This document shows positions 28,178-38,350 of a DNA stretch of 52,147 bases, one piece after another. Made by a program: the position numbers and the translations under genes. Under the pieces are notes generated by a model. That model ran no database searches and was not told the DNA's origin. It was given only the letters and a program-made list of their open reading frames with translations. This DNA comes from an uncultured archaeon (GTDB taxonomy: Archaea; Asgardarchaeota; Heimdallarchaeia; Heimdallarchaeales; Heimdallarchaeaceae). The DNA is taken from assembly GCA_964549075.1 (NCBI GenBank), contig CAZJUB010000013.1, positions 1-52,147 of the forward strand, written 5' to 3'. Within the stretch, counting starts at the first letter, position 1, and each line of letters starts with the position of its first letter.

Positions 28178-29167
28178 TTAGTCCAGTTTATTTCCACAAT
28201 TGCCACAAAACTTGGCACCTGTGTCATTCTTAGAGCCACAGTTGGTGCAATACTTCATTTTACCACTAAGCTCATCATCTGTTGGATCTCCACAGCTAGC
28301 GCAGAATTTTGCAGCTGGAGATATCTTCTTTCCACATTGGTTACAGGTAATGAAAGCAGCTTCTACATCTCCTTGCTTTTCAATTTTATCTGCTTGTTTT
28401 ACTTCTTGTTTTGAGAAGAGATTGTTTATCATCACTGCACCAGTTAAGCCACCGCCTCCTCCTTCAGGGAGTTTATCGACAACTTGCGCCATACCTGCAT
28501 ATTGTTGGACTTGACCAGCTGAAACACCAGAACGCATCCAGAAGAGTCTATCACGATATTCTGGAGTAGTATCTATTCCGCCAAATTTTAGTTGCTTCAG
28601 TTTAATTCCAAACTCTAACAGATCACTAGCAACTTCTCCTTGTACAGATGACGATGTTTTTCCTAGATTTGACATAACATCTACAATGCTTTTTTCGGAT
28701 AATTTGCTAATAACTGATTGTACAACGAAAGATCTGAAGAATTCATTGAAAGCTGCTGTAGTGTATATATTTCTATTTCCTGCAATTTCAAAAGCAAATT
28801 TTTGAATATCGTCTATTTTATAGAAATAATCGCCAAAAAATTGCAGTGGAGCTAATTCTTGTGTTTGAGATCGCCCTCCGAATTTTCCTTGAAAGTCTGC
28901 CATATTGACAAAAATCACTTGACAATTGAAAGGAGATTTATCAAATCCAACAATTCTTGACAGAAATGTTGTTAACAGTGGAATATTCTTAGTTTTTATA
29001 AAATGTCTACCTGATTTGAGTACATCATAAACAACGGAGTCTTTGATAAATACTGCAACTTGATTAGGTAAAACATTACATTGATCACCCCAATTTAAGG
29101 TGTCACGAGGATGTCTATATAAAATTTCATCGCCACGCCCTAGGGGCCATTCTATTACTTCTACCAT
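28178..29167 (-). CDS. SPFH/Band 7-like domain protein with C-terminal double zinc ribbon
   Basis: YRHP...NQVAVFIKD...GRH..KTKNIPLLT...SPFNCQVIFVN (YdjI-like); CNQC..FCASCG, CTNCG..FCGNCG. Confidence 0.85.
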   Translation of the reverse strand: MVEVIEWPLGRGDEILYRHPRDTLNWGDQCNVLPNQVAVFIKDSVVYDVLKSGRHFIKTKNIPLLTTFLSRIVGFDKSPFNCQVIFVNMADFQGKFGGRSQTQELAPLQFFGDYFYKIDDIQKFAFEIAGNRNIYTTAAFNEFFRSFVVQSVISKLSEKSIVDVMSNLGKTSSSVQGEVASDLLEFGIKLKQLKFGGIDTTPEYRDRLFWMRSGVSAGQVQQYAGMAQVVDKLPEGGGGGLTGAVMINNLFSKQEVKQADKIEKQGDVEAAFITCNQCGKKISPAAKFCASCGDPTDDELSGKMKYCTNCGSKNDTGAKFCGNCGNKLD

Positions 29168-29362
29168 TTTTATACCTCTTTAGTATTATAGAATTTTTAA
29201 CCTCTAACGGTTCTATTTCAAAATATTACATTTCTTATTTTTAAAGGTATTTAATGAGGGACTTTAAAACTCAATCAGTTCTTAAATTTCTAAAAGATCT
29301 CAATCATTTCTCTAATTTCATCATAAATAAAAATTTAATAACATGTTTCCAAGTTAGTTTGT

Positions 29363-30973
29363 TTGCCTATGCTATCTAAAAAAACTTTGAGTCGTCTGAA
29401 TCACATTTTTGGCTTTATTATTTATTGCATTTTTCTACTATACTTTGGCTTTTCTATTGCAAATTTCGTAGTTAAAGCTGATGAGCTAAAAGCTGGTGGA
29501 ATTATCCTCAATTTCCTAGTTCTGATCTTCGAATTATTAGGACCTCTGTATGCTACCTATTTTCTTATCCAGAATATAGATGGTGTTCTTGATATCGGAA
29601 CTATAAAATATGATATAAAGAAAATCAAAAACAATCCTTTAATTGATGTTATTATTCCAGTTCATAATGTAAATCCGAAAATTCTAGATTTAACTTTGGA
29701 AGGTTGTAGTAAGTTTTCTTATCCAAACTTTAACGTATGGATCGCAGATGACAACTCCTTACCTGAGTTCGAGAAATCTTCACAAAAACTTGCACAAAAA
29801 TATAATTTCACTTATATGAGAGGAAAAGGCAGGTCTTACAAAGCAGGTGTAGTCAATCAAGCTCTTGCACAATCAAAAGCAAAATATGTTGCTATATTTG
29901 ATTCAGACCAAATTCCTGTCCCTGAGATCCTTGATAAATTTATAGCCATATTACAACAACATCCAGAATATGTTTTTGTTCAGGCTAAATATGAGTTCAG
30001 GAGTGTCACCAATTTTCTGCATATTTGGGAAACTATGTCTACTCATCAATTATTTGTTTCAGAAGGAGGTAAAAGGAGAATAGATTCAGTTGTTTTCTTT
30101 GGAACCTCTGCTTGTTTCCTTAAAGAACACCTCTATCCCTTACCTGAGAACAAGCTTTCTGAAGATTATGACCATTATATCACAATAGCTGCCCAAGGTT
30201 ATCATGGATATTGGTTAAACGAAGTTGCTGCTAGAGGATTATCTACAGAATCATTTGATCACAAGATGTCTCAAATGTTTCGATGGACAAAAGGGCAATT
30301 TGGAGCAGTAATGGACCATAAAAAAGAATTATTTCATAGTGAATTAAAACTTAGACAAAGAATTGATATTTTTATGAGTTCAACAGTTGTAGTTGTTTTA
30401 ACTTCGTTTTACTTTATGGGAGCACTGTATATAGCTTATTATTTCGCAGATATCCCTTTAGTAAGAACACTTGGAATTGACCAATTCGCACCTATAATCA
30501 TGGCAGTTATAGTTATGGTAGTATACTTTGGTGTTTTTGGAGCTGTGGGGGCTTATTCCAAAAAATCAAAAGATTTCAAATTCAGATGGTGGCATGTTTT
30601 GTTTTTCATGCTATATGGAGCTCTGATGGCACCATTCTTACTGATACCATTAGCAAATGGTTTTCTAGGAAGGAATAAAATAAAACCTGATAAGAAATTT
30701 CAATGGAATAAGAAGATTAGAGTCTATTTGATAGCAACAATATATACAATTCTTGGAATTGGATTTGCTTTTTTGGGAGTAATTTCTATATTAGACACAA
30801 TGAATATAGGAACAATGTTCCAACTATACACTGCAGCTCCGTACAATATTTTCTATGCGATATTCTTTTCTATAGCTTTCATGTTAATCTTTGCTCTACC
30901 ATTTGTTGCAATTTCAAAGAAATTCTTTAAGATAAAGGAATTTTATACAGAAGACACAAGTATTTATTACTAA
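29363..30973 (+). CDS. Processive GT2 glycosyltransferase, cellulose synthase-like
   Basis: ADDN, KAG, FDSD, VQ, SED, QMFRW (D,D,D,QxxRW); 2 N-terminal and about 5 C-terminal TM; no PilZ-sized extension. Confidence 0.88.
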   Translation: MPMLSKKTLSRLNHIFGFIIYCIFLLYFGFSIANFVVKADELKAGGIILNFLVLIFELLGPLYATYFLIQNIDGVLDIGTIKYDIKKIKNNPLIDVIIPVHNVNPKILDLTLEGCSKFSYPNFNVWIADDNSLPEFEKSSQKLAQKYNFTYMRGKGRSYKAGVVNQALAQSKAKYVAIFDSDQIPVPEILDKFIAILQQHPEYVFVQAKYEFRSVTNFLHIWETMSTHQLFVSEGGKRRIDSVVFFGTSACFLKEHLYPLPENKLSEDYDHYITIAAQGYHGYWLNEVAARGLSTESFDHKMSQMFRWTKGQFGAVMDHKKELFHSELKLRQRIDIFMSSTVVVVLTSFYFMGALYIAYYFADIPLVRTLGIDQFAPIIMAVIVMVVYFGVFGAVGAYSKKSKDFKFRWWHVLFFMLYGALMAPFLLIPLANGFLGRNKIKPDKKFQWNKKIRVYLIATIYTILGIGFAFLGVISILDTMNIGTMFQLYTAAPYNIFYAIFFSIAFMLIFALPFVAISKKFFKIKEFYTEDTSIYY

Positions 30974-30989
30974 GATTTGATTAGAGGAA

Positions 30990-32345
30990 TTAAATTTCCT
31001 CTAAGTTTTCTTCATAAGTAGATTCAGGTTGAAATTCTTCTAATTTTTTATCAATTATTTCCTTACAAACAGGACATTTAGGATTGAATCGTAACCAGGT
31101 TTCAAGATGGTCAACATGATAAATATTACCGCATAGTTGACATTTAGCTATCTTTGTTCCTCTCTCGATTTTACTGTTGCATATCATACATTTAGGTAGA
31201 AGTTCCTGGCAGTTCCAACAACTATCTCTACTTATTTCATTAGGTCTATTACAATTTGGGCATCTTACTAATTTTCTATATTGAAAAACTCTTTTCGTTT
31301 TTTGAGCTGTCTTATAGAGATACATTCTTGCTTTACTTATATCTTCACCAAAATGATCTCTCCAATCCAAGATTGGCTTGATTACAGCAATACCACAAAC
31401 TAATGCGGAAAGCGCGATTCTAACCTCTAAAACAAATATATCTAAGAGTTGTAGTACGATGAACATCACAATTCCAAACACAAAAAGGATAAGGTAATTT
31501 CGAATAATGATATATTTAATTGCTTTTCCAATAATTTTGAAAAACTCAACTGTCTTTTCATATAACCATACTACTAATTTTTTCAATATTTGAGGTATTT
31601 GTTTAACTGCTCTCCACCATGCTTGAAAAATGGTAACAATAACTCTACCAACGGTAGCTAGAATATCAGCTATTTCCTTTCTGAAGTGCCAGAGGAAATT
31701 GATTAGGATTAAACCTCCCCCAATCAGATACCAATAAAGTGGTTGAATCCATACCAATATTTCAATTGCAGCTAAAACTATTATTGTAATTCCTACAACA
31801 GAGAACAAATTCCATGGAGAAAGAATTAATTTCCAATTTATTCTTTTCCACATCCTTTTCAAAGCTTCTTTGAGTTTTTTCATTAAAGCTATTATTTTCA
31901 AATTCAAATCATATGCTTCAAAAAAGAAACCAAAAACAATAAGAATTACACCAGCAACCATGGCAATATAATAAATATATTCTCGTTCTATTACTGTCAC
32001 TCCTACTGCAAACAGAATTGCAGGCAAAGCAACTAAAAGAAAACCGATATATGCAGTTATAGCACCGGTTACGAAATAATCAATTCCTTTTCTCCTTAAT
32101 CTTCTTAAAATGAGAGCGAAAAATAATATCAAAACACCAATGACAAAAATTCCCAATATTATCCTGAATACTAGATCATCATAAGTCATGTTAAGAGCTG
32201 GAACTAAGGTTACAGTCAAGAGACCAATGATACTTAAAACAGATAGAGAGAATCCAATCCATAAAGTAGTAATAACAGGATTTCTTTCCACAAGATCCAG
32301 TTCTTTCTGTTCTTTTTCCTGTCCAATTGAATCCTTTTTACTCAT
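30990..32345 (-). CDS. Multi-pass membrane protein with C-terminal zinc ribbon and RING-like domain (putative E3 ligase)
   Basis: About 8 TM; CPNC-x10-CWNC-x3-LPKCMIC-x12-CQLC-x4-HVDH-x3-W-x6-CPVC. ATG 32345 overlaps the upstream TGA (ATGA) and has a GAGAGGTG RBS. Confidence 0.8.
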   Translation of the reverse strand: MSKKDSIGQEKEQKELDLVERNPVITTLWIGFSLSVLSIIGLLTVTLVPALNMTYDDLVFRIILGIFVIGVLILFFALILRRLRRKGIDYFVTGAITAYIGFLLVALPAILFAVGVTVIEREYIYYIAMVAGVILIVFGFFFEAYDLNLKIIALMKKLKEALKRMWKRINWKLILSPWNLFSVVGITIIVLAAIEILVWIQPLYWYLIGGGLILINFLWHFRKEIADILATVGRVIVTIFQAWWRAVKQIPQILKKLVVWLYEKTVEFFKIIGKAIKYIIIRNYLILFVFGIVMFIVLQLLDIFVLEVRIALSALVCGIAVIKPILDWRDHFGEDISKARMYLYKTAQKTKRVFQYRKLVRCPNCNRPNEISRDSCWNCQELLPKCMICNSKIERGTKIAKCQLCGNIYHVDHLETWLRFNPKCPVCKEIIDKKLEEFQPESTYEENLEEI

Positions 32346-34849
32346 TTTGTCCACCTCTCACGTATTTGTTGAATTAATTTCTTTGTACTTCCAGTTCGTA
32401 ACTTCTGCAATTCTCGTCTAAGTAATATGAATGCAACGACTGCAACTACAACAAAAGCGGCTCCCAGAGAGATTCTAATTGCGGTTTCAACATTTTCAAA
32501 AATATGGAAGAAATCTACGTTGAATGCTACTAAAAAGCCGTAAACTAAGGTAAATATCATGACAATCAGAAGAACCAGTCTGATGCCATTCTGATATATA
32601 TAAATTGAAACAGATTTGATAGAAAGCCAAATTGTAACCAAGATTTTATAGATAGTCTTAGGTATGCTAACCAGAAATTCCCAGAGTTTCTTTGGATGAT
32701 AAATGAAATGTGCAAATAGAACAAACATTCCACCAATCGAAACAATTATTATAAAAGGTATAAAACTGATAATTTCAACAGCGAAATAAAGTAACAATCC
32801 AACAACTACTGCTATAAATCCCAGAATTCTAGAGAGGATAACTCTATAATCGAAGAAAAATTTGAAGATAGCTTTAACAGCATGATAAATTTTTACAAAC
32901 ACTATCTTCCTACTAAAAACCGCACTAATTATAATTACGGTTATTCCAATCCACACAAGATACTGTAATTCTTCTAGTTCTACACCATAAACAATAAGGA
33001 CAATTCCTCCGGCGACACCAACCAACCTAAGGAATTCTTTTGTAATTGTCCACCAGTTTTTCTTGATGAATTTGATTAGTTCTACAAACCAATTCCATAT
33101 TGCTTTGAAGAAATCTACTATTAAATTTACAAAACGTAAGAAAGGATTGTAAAAAATCTCAATTCCAATAAATTTGATAACTTTCCAAACTATCTTATAA
33201 TGATGAGCTGGTATATAACCACAACTAACTGCTAAGAGAACAACATACCACCACTGTAATAGCCATGTTACTGATAAGTAGATTATAGCGCCAAGTGCTA
33301 CGAAATCTAAAAGATATAAGATTACTTTAAACCAATTCTTAACTAAAAATTTAACAGTTTTAACAAGTACCTTCCATAAAAATCTCAGCGGTTTTCCTAG
33401 CCATTTTATGAAATCCCAAAAAGCAAGAACTATCCCTTTTAAGAAATTGTATAATCTTATTAAAAACCATTTTCTAATAAAGATTTCAACTAGAATGATC
33501 CCAGCGATACCAGTGTAAACAAGGTAGTAAAAGTCAGAATTAACAACACCATAATAAATAAGAAAGATTCCAGTGCCTACAAAAATCAATCTTATTGTTT
33601 CATTAATAATTCTCTTGTAATAAGGTTTAATTATTTCTTCCCAGATAAATTTGAAAAATCCCGAAATCGCATTCCAAGTCGCGATTAAAACAGTTTTTCT
33701 TGAAAAAATCAGAGAAATGATTATAACAAATATTCCAATTGCTATAAAGTAATTAAACTGTTCAAATACAGCTCCATGATAGATAAGATATACTCCTCCC
33801 GCAGCTCCTACCAATCTTAGAATTTCTTTTAATATAGACCACCAATATTTTTGAAGAAATTTTGCAAATGAAACAATTCTATCCAAAATGGAAGAGGCAA
33901 TAGTGGAGATTAAAATCCAAATTTGTTTTAGAACTACTAGCCTAGTAAATATTAAACTAACAATTATAGTGACTATACCTACAGTAATGAGAAATGAATA
34001 TTCTGGTAAATTCAAACCATAATAAATCATTACTCCTCCACCAGCTGCTCCTGCAAATCTCATTATCTCTTTAAAAATAGGCCACCAATTTCTTAGCAAG
34101 AATTCGAAGAATCTTACAATAGCGCTCCATATTGATGTAATTAGGTTTTTAAAGAAAGTGTATACTTTGGTTAAGCTCAGATATATTATATCTACAACAA
34201 CATATTTCAAAGCTCTCCATATTAGTTTATAATGGTGGATTATTGGATAAACACAACTTAATGATAAAATAACTAGTTTCCACCATATTATCTCCCAGAG
34301 GATTAACACATATATTATTCCAGCTAGAGAAACTAAATCTAAAGTATAGAGAAGTATATCTAACCAATTCCTTCCTACCCATTTTGCAAACCTTACAGTT
34401 ATTTTCCACAGAAACTTAAAAGGTTGGATTACAATTTTCCAAATCAGCTGATCTATAAACGTAAGTTCGACCATAATTCCAAGAATGATTGAACCTATTC
34501 CCCAATATACGAAATAGTTGTATTCAAAATATCCTAAATTTAAATTTCTTAAAAACGAGATATCTTTGCTAGTGGAAAGGAGAATTAATAGGAAACCTAT
34601 CACGATAAGAAATACTCCTAATTGTACCTTCTTATTAACTGTTAAGTTGTAACGCAAAATCTGAACAATCAAATAAAATACAATTACCAGAGAACTAATG
34701 ATTAAAGCAATAAATAGGATATTATTGAGAAGTGTAATCTCTTCAATAACTAAGGATAAGATAAACAAGGCAACTATAATGCATACAAACGAATAGTAAA
34801 AAACATTAGAGAGTATTTTATGTACTCTTTTATCATCCTCTAGTTCCAT
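32342..34849 (-). CDS. Large repetitive membrane protein (TM-hairpin + amphipathic helix repeats)
   Basis: Internal repeats: (W)WxIxKExxRxxGAAGGxxLIYxG about 4 times plus degenerate copies; LYxLDxVxLxxIIY...SCxY...HHYKxxW twice. Confidence 0.8.
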   Translation of the reverse strand: MELEDDKRVHKILSNVFYYSFVCIIVALFILSLVIEEITLLNNILFIALIISSLVIVFYLIVQILRYNLTVNKKVQLGVFLIVIGFLLILLSTSKDISFLRNLNLGYFEYNYFVYWGIGSIILGIMVELTFIDQLIWKIVIQPFKFLWKITVRFAKWVGRNWLDILLYTLDLVSLAGIIYVLILWEIIWWKLVILSLSCVYPIIHHYKLIWRALKYVVVDIIYLSLTKVYTFFKNLITSIWSAIVRFFEFLLRNWWPIFKEIMRFAGAAGGGVMIYYGLNLPEYSFLITVGIVTIIVSLIFTRLVVLKQIWILISTIASSILDRIVSFAKFLQKYWWSILKEILRLVGAAGGVYLIYHGAVFEQFNYFIAIGIFVIIISLIFSRKTVLIATWNAISGFFKFIWEEIIKPYYKRIINETIRLIFVGTGIFLIYYGVVNSDFYYLVYTGIAGIILVEIFIRKWFLIRLYNFLKGIVLAFWDFIKWLGKPLRFLWKVLVKTVKFLVKNWFKVILYLLDFVALGAIIYLSVTWLLQWWYVVLLAVSCGYIPAHHYKIVWKVIKFIGIEIFYNPFLRFVNLIVDFFKAIWNWFVELIKFIKKNWWTITKEFLRLVGVAGGIVLIVYGVELEELQYLVWIGITVIIISAVFSRKIVFVKIYHAVKAIFKFFFDYRVILSRILGFIAVVVGLLLYFAVEIISFIPFIIIVSIGGMFVLFAHFIYHPKKLWEFLVSIPKTIYKILVTIWLSIKSVSIYIYQNGIRLVLLIVMIFTLVYGFLVAFNVDFFHIFENVETAIRISLGAAFVVVAVVAFILLRRELQKLRTGSTKKLIQQIRERWTK

Positions 34850-34974
34850 CTAGTAACATTAGTTAGATGAATATTTAAATATTAACAATTCGTAATTTCT
34901 TACCTATATCTAGTTAACATTGCATATCTCACAAGTTTAATATTTATAAAATCACATTTTTATCAAGTGATTTT

Positions 34975-36036
34975 ATGTCTGGACAAGAGTTTATTGTACC
35001 TTTAAAAGAAGTAAGTGCTATTGGTTCAAAATTCAGAATTATAAAACCTTCCGAGAAAAAGTGGATACTTAACATTGCTATTTTCATTGCATTTTATGGA
35101 TTTTGGTATTTAGCATTAGCTCTCCCTAAATGGGATAAGGATCCTCAGAAAAATTATGTTACGATAATAATTATTTTATTAGTTACTTTATCAATTATCT
35201 CTCCAATATTGTCGATTTTCCTATGGAATTGGATTGGTAGATGGGTAGCTAAAAAACTTGTATATCAGACACTTAAAATCAAACATGAAAACAAATCTGA
35301 AATCAAAGAAATGCTTGGAAACCTTAAGAAAGAAAATAAGTATAAAAGATTTAAATTCCTAAGAGTTGCCTTCTCAGCTATTCTAAATATTGATATTAAT
35401 CCAAATACTCAATATTACTTAGAAGAAGAAGCTTTTAATAGCGATGTATCTAGTATCCGAGTTTTTCTAAAAACAAGGATGTATGATCTAATCACTTCAA
35501 GTTTTAGTATAAGTATACTAATAGCTATGATAATAAGACTCAGTGGTCCTAGTTCTTTCTTTATTGGTTTTATTGCAGGTGCATTTGTTGTTCTTTGTTC
35601 GCCTATGTTAGCTGCATGGATTACACCTTTGATTTGGGCTATTGAAGATGCTAGAATTTCTTATATTAATGATAACAATGAAATTTACCATTTAGCTGAA
35701 AGAATGAGAAGAAGTATTCTTAGCAGATTTTTTAGTTTATCAGCATTTCTTTCTGGAATTATTTTTTTCACAGATGTTTTCAGACCCATCTTTGGGACTT
35801 CTGTTGATATTAAAGAATCAATCCTATTATTTCTTATATCTCTTGGAATAATGATAGTTGTAATCATTTTACTATCAGGAACTGCGTTTTTAGTTGGTAC
35901 TCTTTATCTTTCTATATTCCATGAGAAAAATGTAAATGAACTAAGAGATAATCTAAGCCATTTTCTAAAATATGCTCAAAGTAACGCAATTTTATCCAAA
36001 TACTATGAAGATGAGATGTTGCCAAATTCAAGGTAG
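34975..36036 (+). CDS. Hypothetical multi-pass membrane protein
   Basis: About 6 hydrophobic segments; no family recognised. Confidence 0.7.
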   Translation: MSGQEFIVPLKEVSAIGSKFRIIKPSEKKWILNIAIFIAFYGFWYLALALPKWDKDPQKNYVTIIIILLVTLSIISPILSIFLWNWIGRWVAKKLVYQTLKIKHENKSEIKEMLGNLKKENKYKRFKFLRVAFSAILNIDINPNTQYYLEEEAFNSDVSSIRVFLKTRMYDLITSSFSISILIAMIIRLSGPSSFFIGFIAGAFVVLCSPMLAAWITPLIWAIEDARISYINDNNEIYHLAERMRRSILSRFFSLSAFLSGIIFFTDVFRPIFGTSVDIKESILLFLISLGIMIVVIILLSGTAFLVGTLYLSIFHEKNVNELRDNLSHFLKYAQSNAILSKYYEDEMLPNSR

Positions 36037-37392
36037 AGGATGGTGATAGTGTTTATCAACTTCAACATATTTTTTTCCATCAAATATCAAATATTCAGCA
36101 TGTACATCATGTAATTCATTGTATTTCTGATACCAAGGAGAAGTACCAAGAAAAGACCATTTTTCAGCAATCTCTTTACTAATAGTTATTTTCTCATTTT
36201 CTGCAGCATATTGCAAAGTTTCATCAAGTGCTATTGAACATGCCAGAATAACAGCTGTAGGAGATGTTCGAAAAGATGAAAGATTCCAAATTCTAGTCTT
36301 CTTGATGATTTGATTTATAATATCTTTAGGAATTACATCTTTGGGTATATTTGATATTTCAATTAGATGTTCAATTAAAGTCCTATATTGACTTTCAGAG
36401 TAAGTATATTCTTTTGTAATATCATAAATATCAAAACTATCATCAACATAAGATGGAATATCTTTACCTGCGGAAATAACAAAGTAGTTAACATCCTCTT
36501 TGGGATATTTTAATTTAAGTTTCTCTTTTAACATTTTCAAATCCACATCAACTTCATCCGTAAAAATTACTAATTGCTTACTTGGAGATTTATCAACAAT
36601 CCATTGGGTTACTGTTTCTATTGAATTCTCTGGATTGGAATCTACTGTTAGATATTTTCCATCTTCTCCCTTCCAGAACTCTGTTCTATAAATGAATGGT
36701 AATGCTAACTCTTTGCATTTTTTCATTAGTGAGTAGGAGATTTGAGTTTTACCAGAACCTCCAAAACGTCCATAGATATGGACGTTTTTTTCTGGTTGAA
36801 TTCCATCTTTCATTCTTCTAAGTAATGGATTAAGTATTTGAACCAGAGAATGACTAATTGTAAAATCAAATCGCATCCAACAACAGTCAGGATCAACCAA
36901 TGGAGCATATTGTTGATATTTGTCTTTAATTTTCAAAGCATCTGCCCTTGAGAAACCGATATTTATCTGTTTTATCTCGGTTTCATTATGAGGAAAAGGT
37001 ATTGTAGGAATGACATCTGTTCCGTAAATTAGTTTTCTAGTATTCTTCAAGTTAATTTGATCTTCTGGTAAAAGACAATGATTATTCTTTATGTTGATAA
37101 ACCACAAATTATTCTTTGTTCTTATGTAGCTTCGGGAAAAAGAATTTGCTAAACGCACACCATCTTCCCAACCAAACTCATCTTGTATTTTATCATAAAC
37201 AAGATCAACTAAAATTAGATTTTCCAAACTATAATCTTCTTCTGTTACAATCACAACTAAACCTTTACGGTTTTGAATTATACAGTCAAAAAGAGCTATC
37301 TCTTTTTTAAATTCATAGACAGCAATAAGCTCAGGAAAAATTACTTCTAATTTTTCGATAAAGGATTTCAAAACTTCTTCTCGAGAGCTCAT
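36028..37392 (-). CDS. P-loop NTPase (AAA-like) with uncharacterised N-terminal domain
   Basis: VHIYGRFGGSGKT Walker A, LVIFTDEVD Walker B, followed by a helical lid-like region. Confidence 0.65.
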   Translation of the reverse strand: MSSREEVLKSFIEKLEVIFPELIAVYEFKKEIALFDCIIQNRKGLVVIVTEEDYSLENLILVDLVYDKIQDEFGWEDGVRLANSFSRSYIRTKNNLWFINIKNNHCLLPEDQINLKNTRKLIYGTDVIPTIPFPHNETEIKQINIGFSRADALKIKDKYQQYAPLVDPDCCWMRFDFTISHSLVQILNPLLRRMKDGIQPEKNVHIYGRFGGSGKTQISYSLMKKCKELALPFIYRTEFWKGEDGKYLTVDSNPENSIETVTQWIVDKSPSKQLVIFTDEVDVDLKMLKEKLKLKYPKEDVNYFVISAGKDIPSYVDDSFDIYDITKEYTYSESQYRTLIEHLIEISNIPKDVIPKDIINQIIKKTRIWNLSSFRTSPTAVILACSIALDETLQYAAENEKITISKEIAEKWSFLGTSPWYQKYNELHDVHAEYLIFDGKKYVEVDKHYHHPLP

Positions 37393-37402
37393 TATGTTAT
37401 AA

Positions 37403-38302
37403 TTATAAATTCTCTATTATATTTCTTAGCTCCATGAAGATTCTGCTAAAATTAGCATGTCCTTTATCCTCTTTGTAAAGTTCCTTAAGATCAGGGATGT
37501 GGATTCCTTTAATTTGAAAAGCTCGTTGAAGACAATAAAGAAGCAGTTTTCTGCTGTTTTCAACTACATTCATTACACTTGATAATGATACGTTTCTTTG
37601 TCTACACATTGCAACTTCCACTACAAAATCACCCAATTTATTGAGATATTCATTAGAAAACCAATATGCACCTTTCATTTTCCCAATTAAATCATTGGTT
37701 TTAATTGAATACAAAACTCTAGGAAGGTACAATATCCAGTTAGTTGCAAGATCATAATTGGGAGAATTCGTATGTTGAAATGGATAAGCTTTAGCTATTT
37801 GCTCTAGATTTGGTATTTCAAAGAGGAATTGCTGCCAAAAGCATTCTACTGGTGGAATTGGAAAATGTTGTCTTATATCTTCTCCATAGAGAACTTCTCC
37901 TTTATTAATAATCATAAAATCATCTGTCGAAGAGAGAGGGTATTTGTTAATTATTTCTTGTTGCATATTTTCAACTACCATTCCTTCTAAATCTTGATGA
38001 TTAATCCTTGGATTTTCGAGCATTGCATAAGGAACAAAATAAACCTTCAAAATTTGTGAAAAATCCTTATTCATTGTTGAAAGCTTTTCTATTATCAAAT
38101 CAAGTTCATTAAAATCATTCTCCCATAATCCTTTTTCTAGAATGATAATGATTTTTATCTGACTATATCTTTTGGAAAAATCGTCTAAAACAATATCACC
38201 AAAAAGAATGAAAGATTTGGTTGTTAAAGAAGTAGCAGTAAATTCTACAAATGTTTTGAGAAATTTAGGTAGCTCAGGGTATCTATCATAGGTAACTTTC
38301 AT
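37403..38302 (-). CDS. Aminoglycoside adenylyltransferase/DUF4111-like nucleotidyltransferase-fold protein, catalytic motif degenerate
   Basis: FILFGDIVLDDF...SQIKIII aligns by eye to YLYGSxALGDF...SDIDFLV; GEVLYGED; LPRVLYSIKTNDLIGKMKGAYW resembles the DUF4111 C-terminal motif. Confidence 0.62.
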   Translation of the reverse strand: MKVTYDRYPELPKFLKTFVEFTATSLTTKSFILFGDIVLDDFSKRYSQIKIIIILEKGLWENDFNELDLIIEKLSTMNKDFSQILKVYFVPYAMLENPRINHQDLEGMVVENMQQEIINKYPLSSTDDFMIINKGEVLYGEDIRQHFPIPPVECFWQQFLFEIPNLEQIAKAYPFQHTNSPNYDLATNWILYLPRVLYSIKTNDLIGKMKGAYWFSNEYLNKLGDFVVEVAMCRQRNVSLSSVMNVVENSRKLLLYCLQRAFQIKGIHIPDLKELYKEDKGHANFSRIFMELRNIIENL

Positions 38303-38350
38303 GGTAATAAATTAGGATATTTTATTATTAGCTTTTCGAGAGTGACAGCT

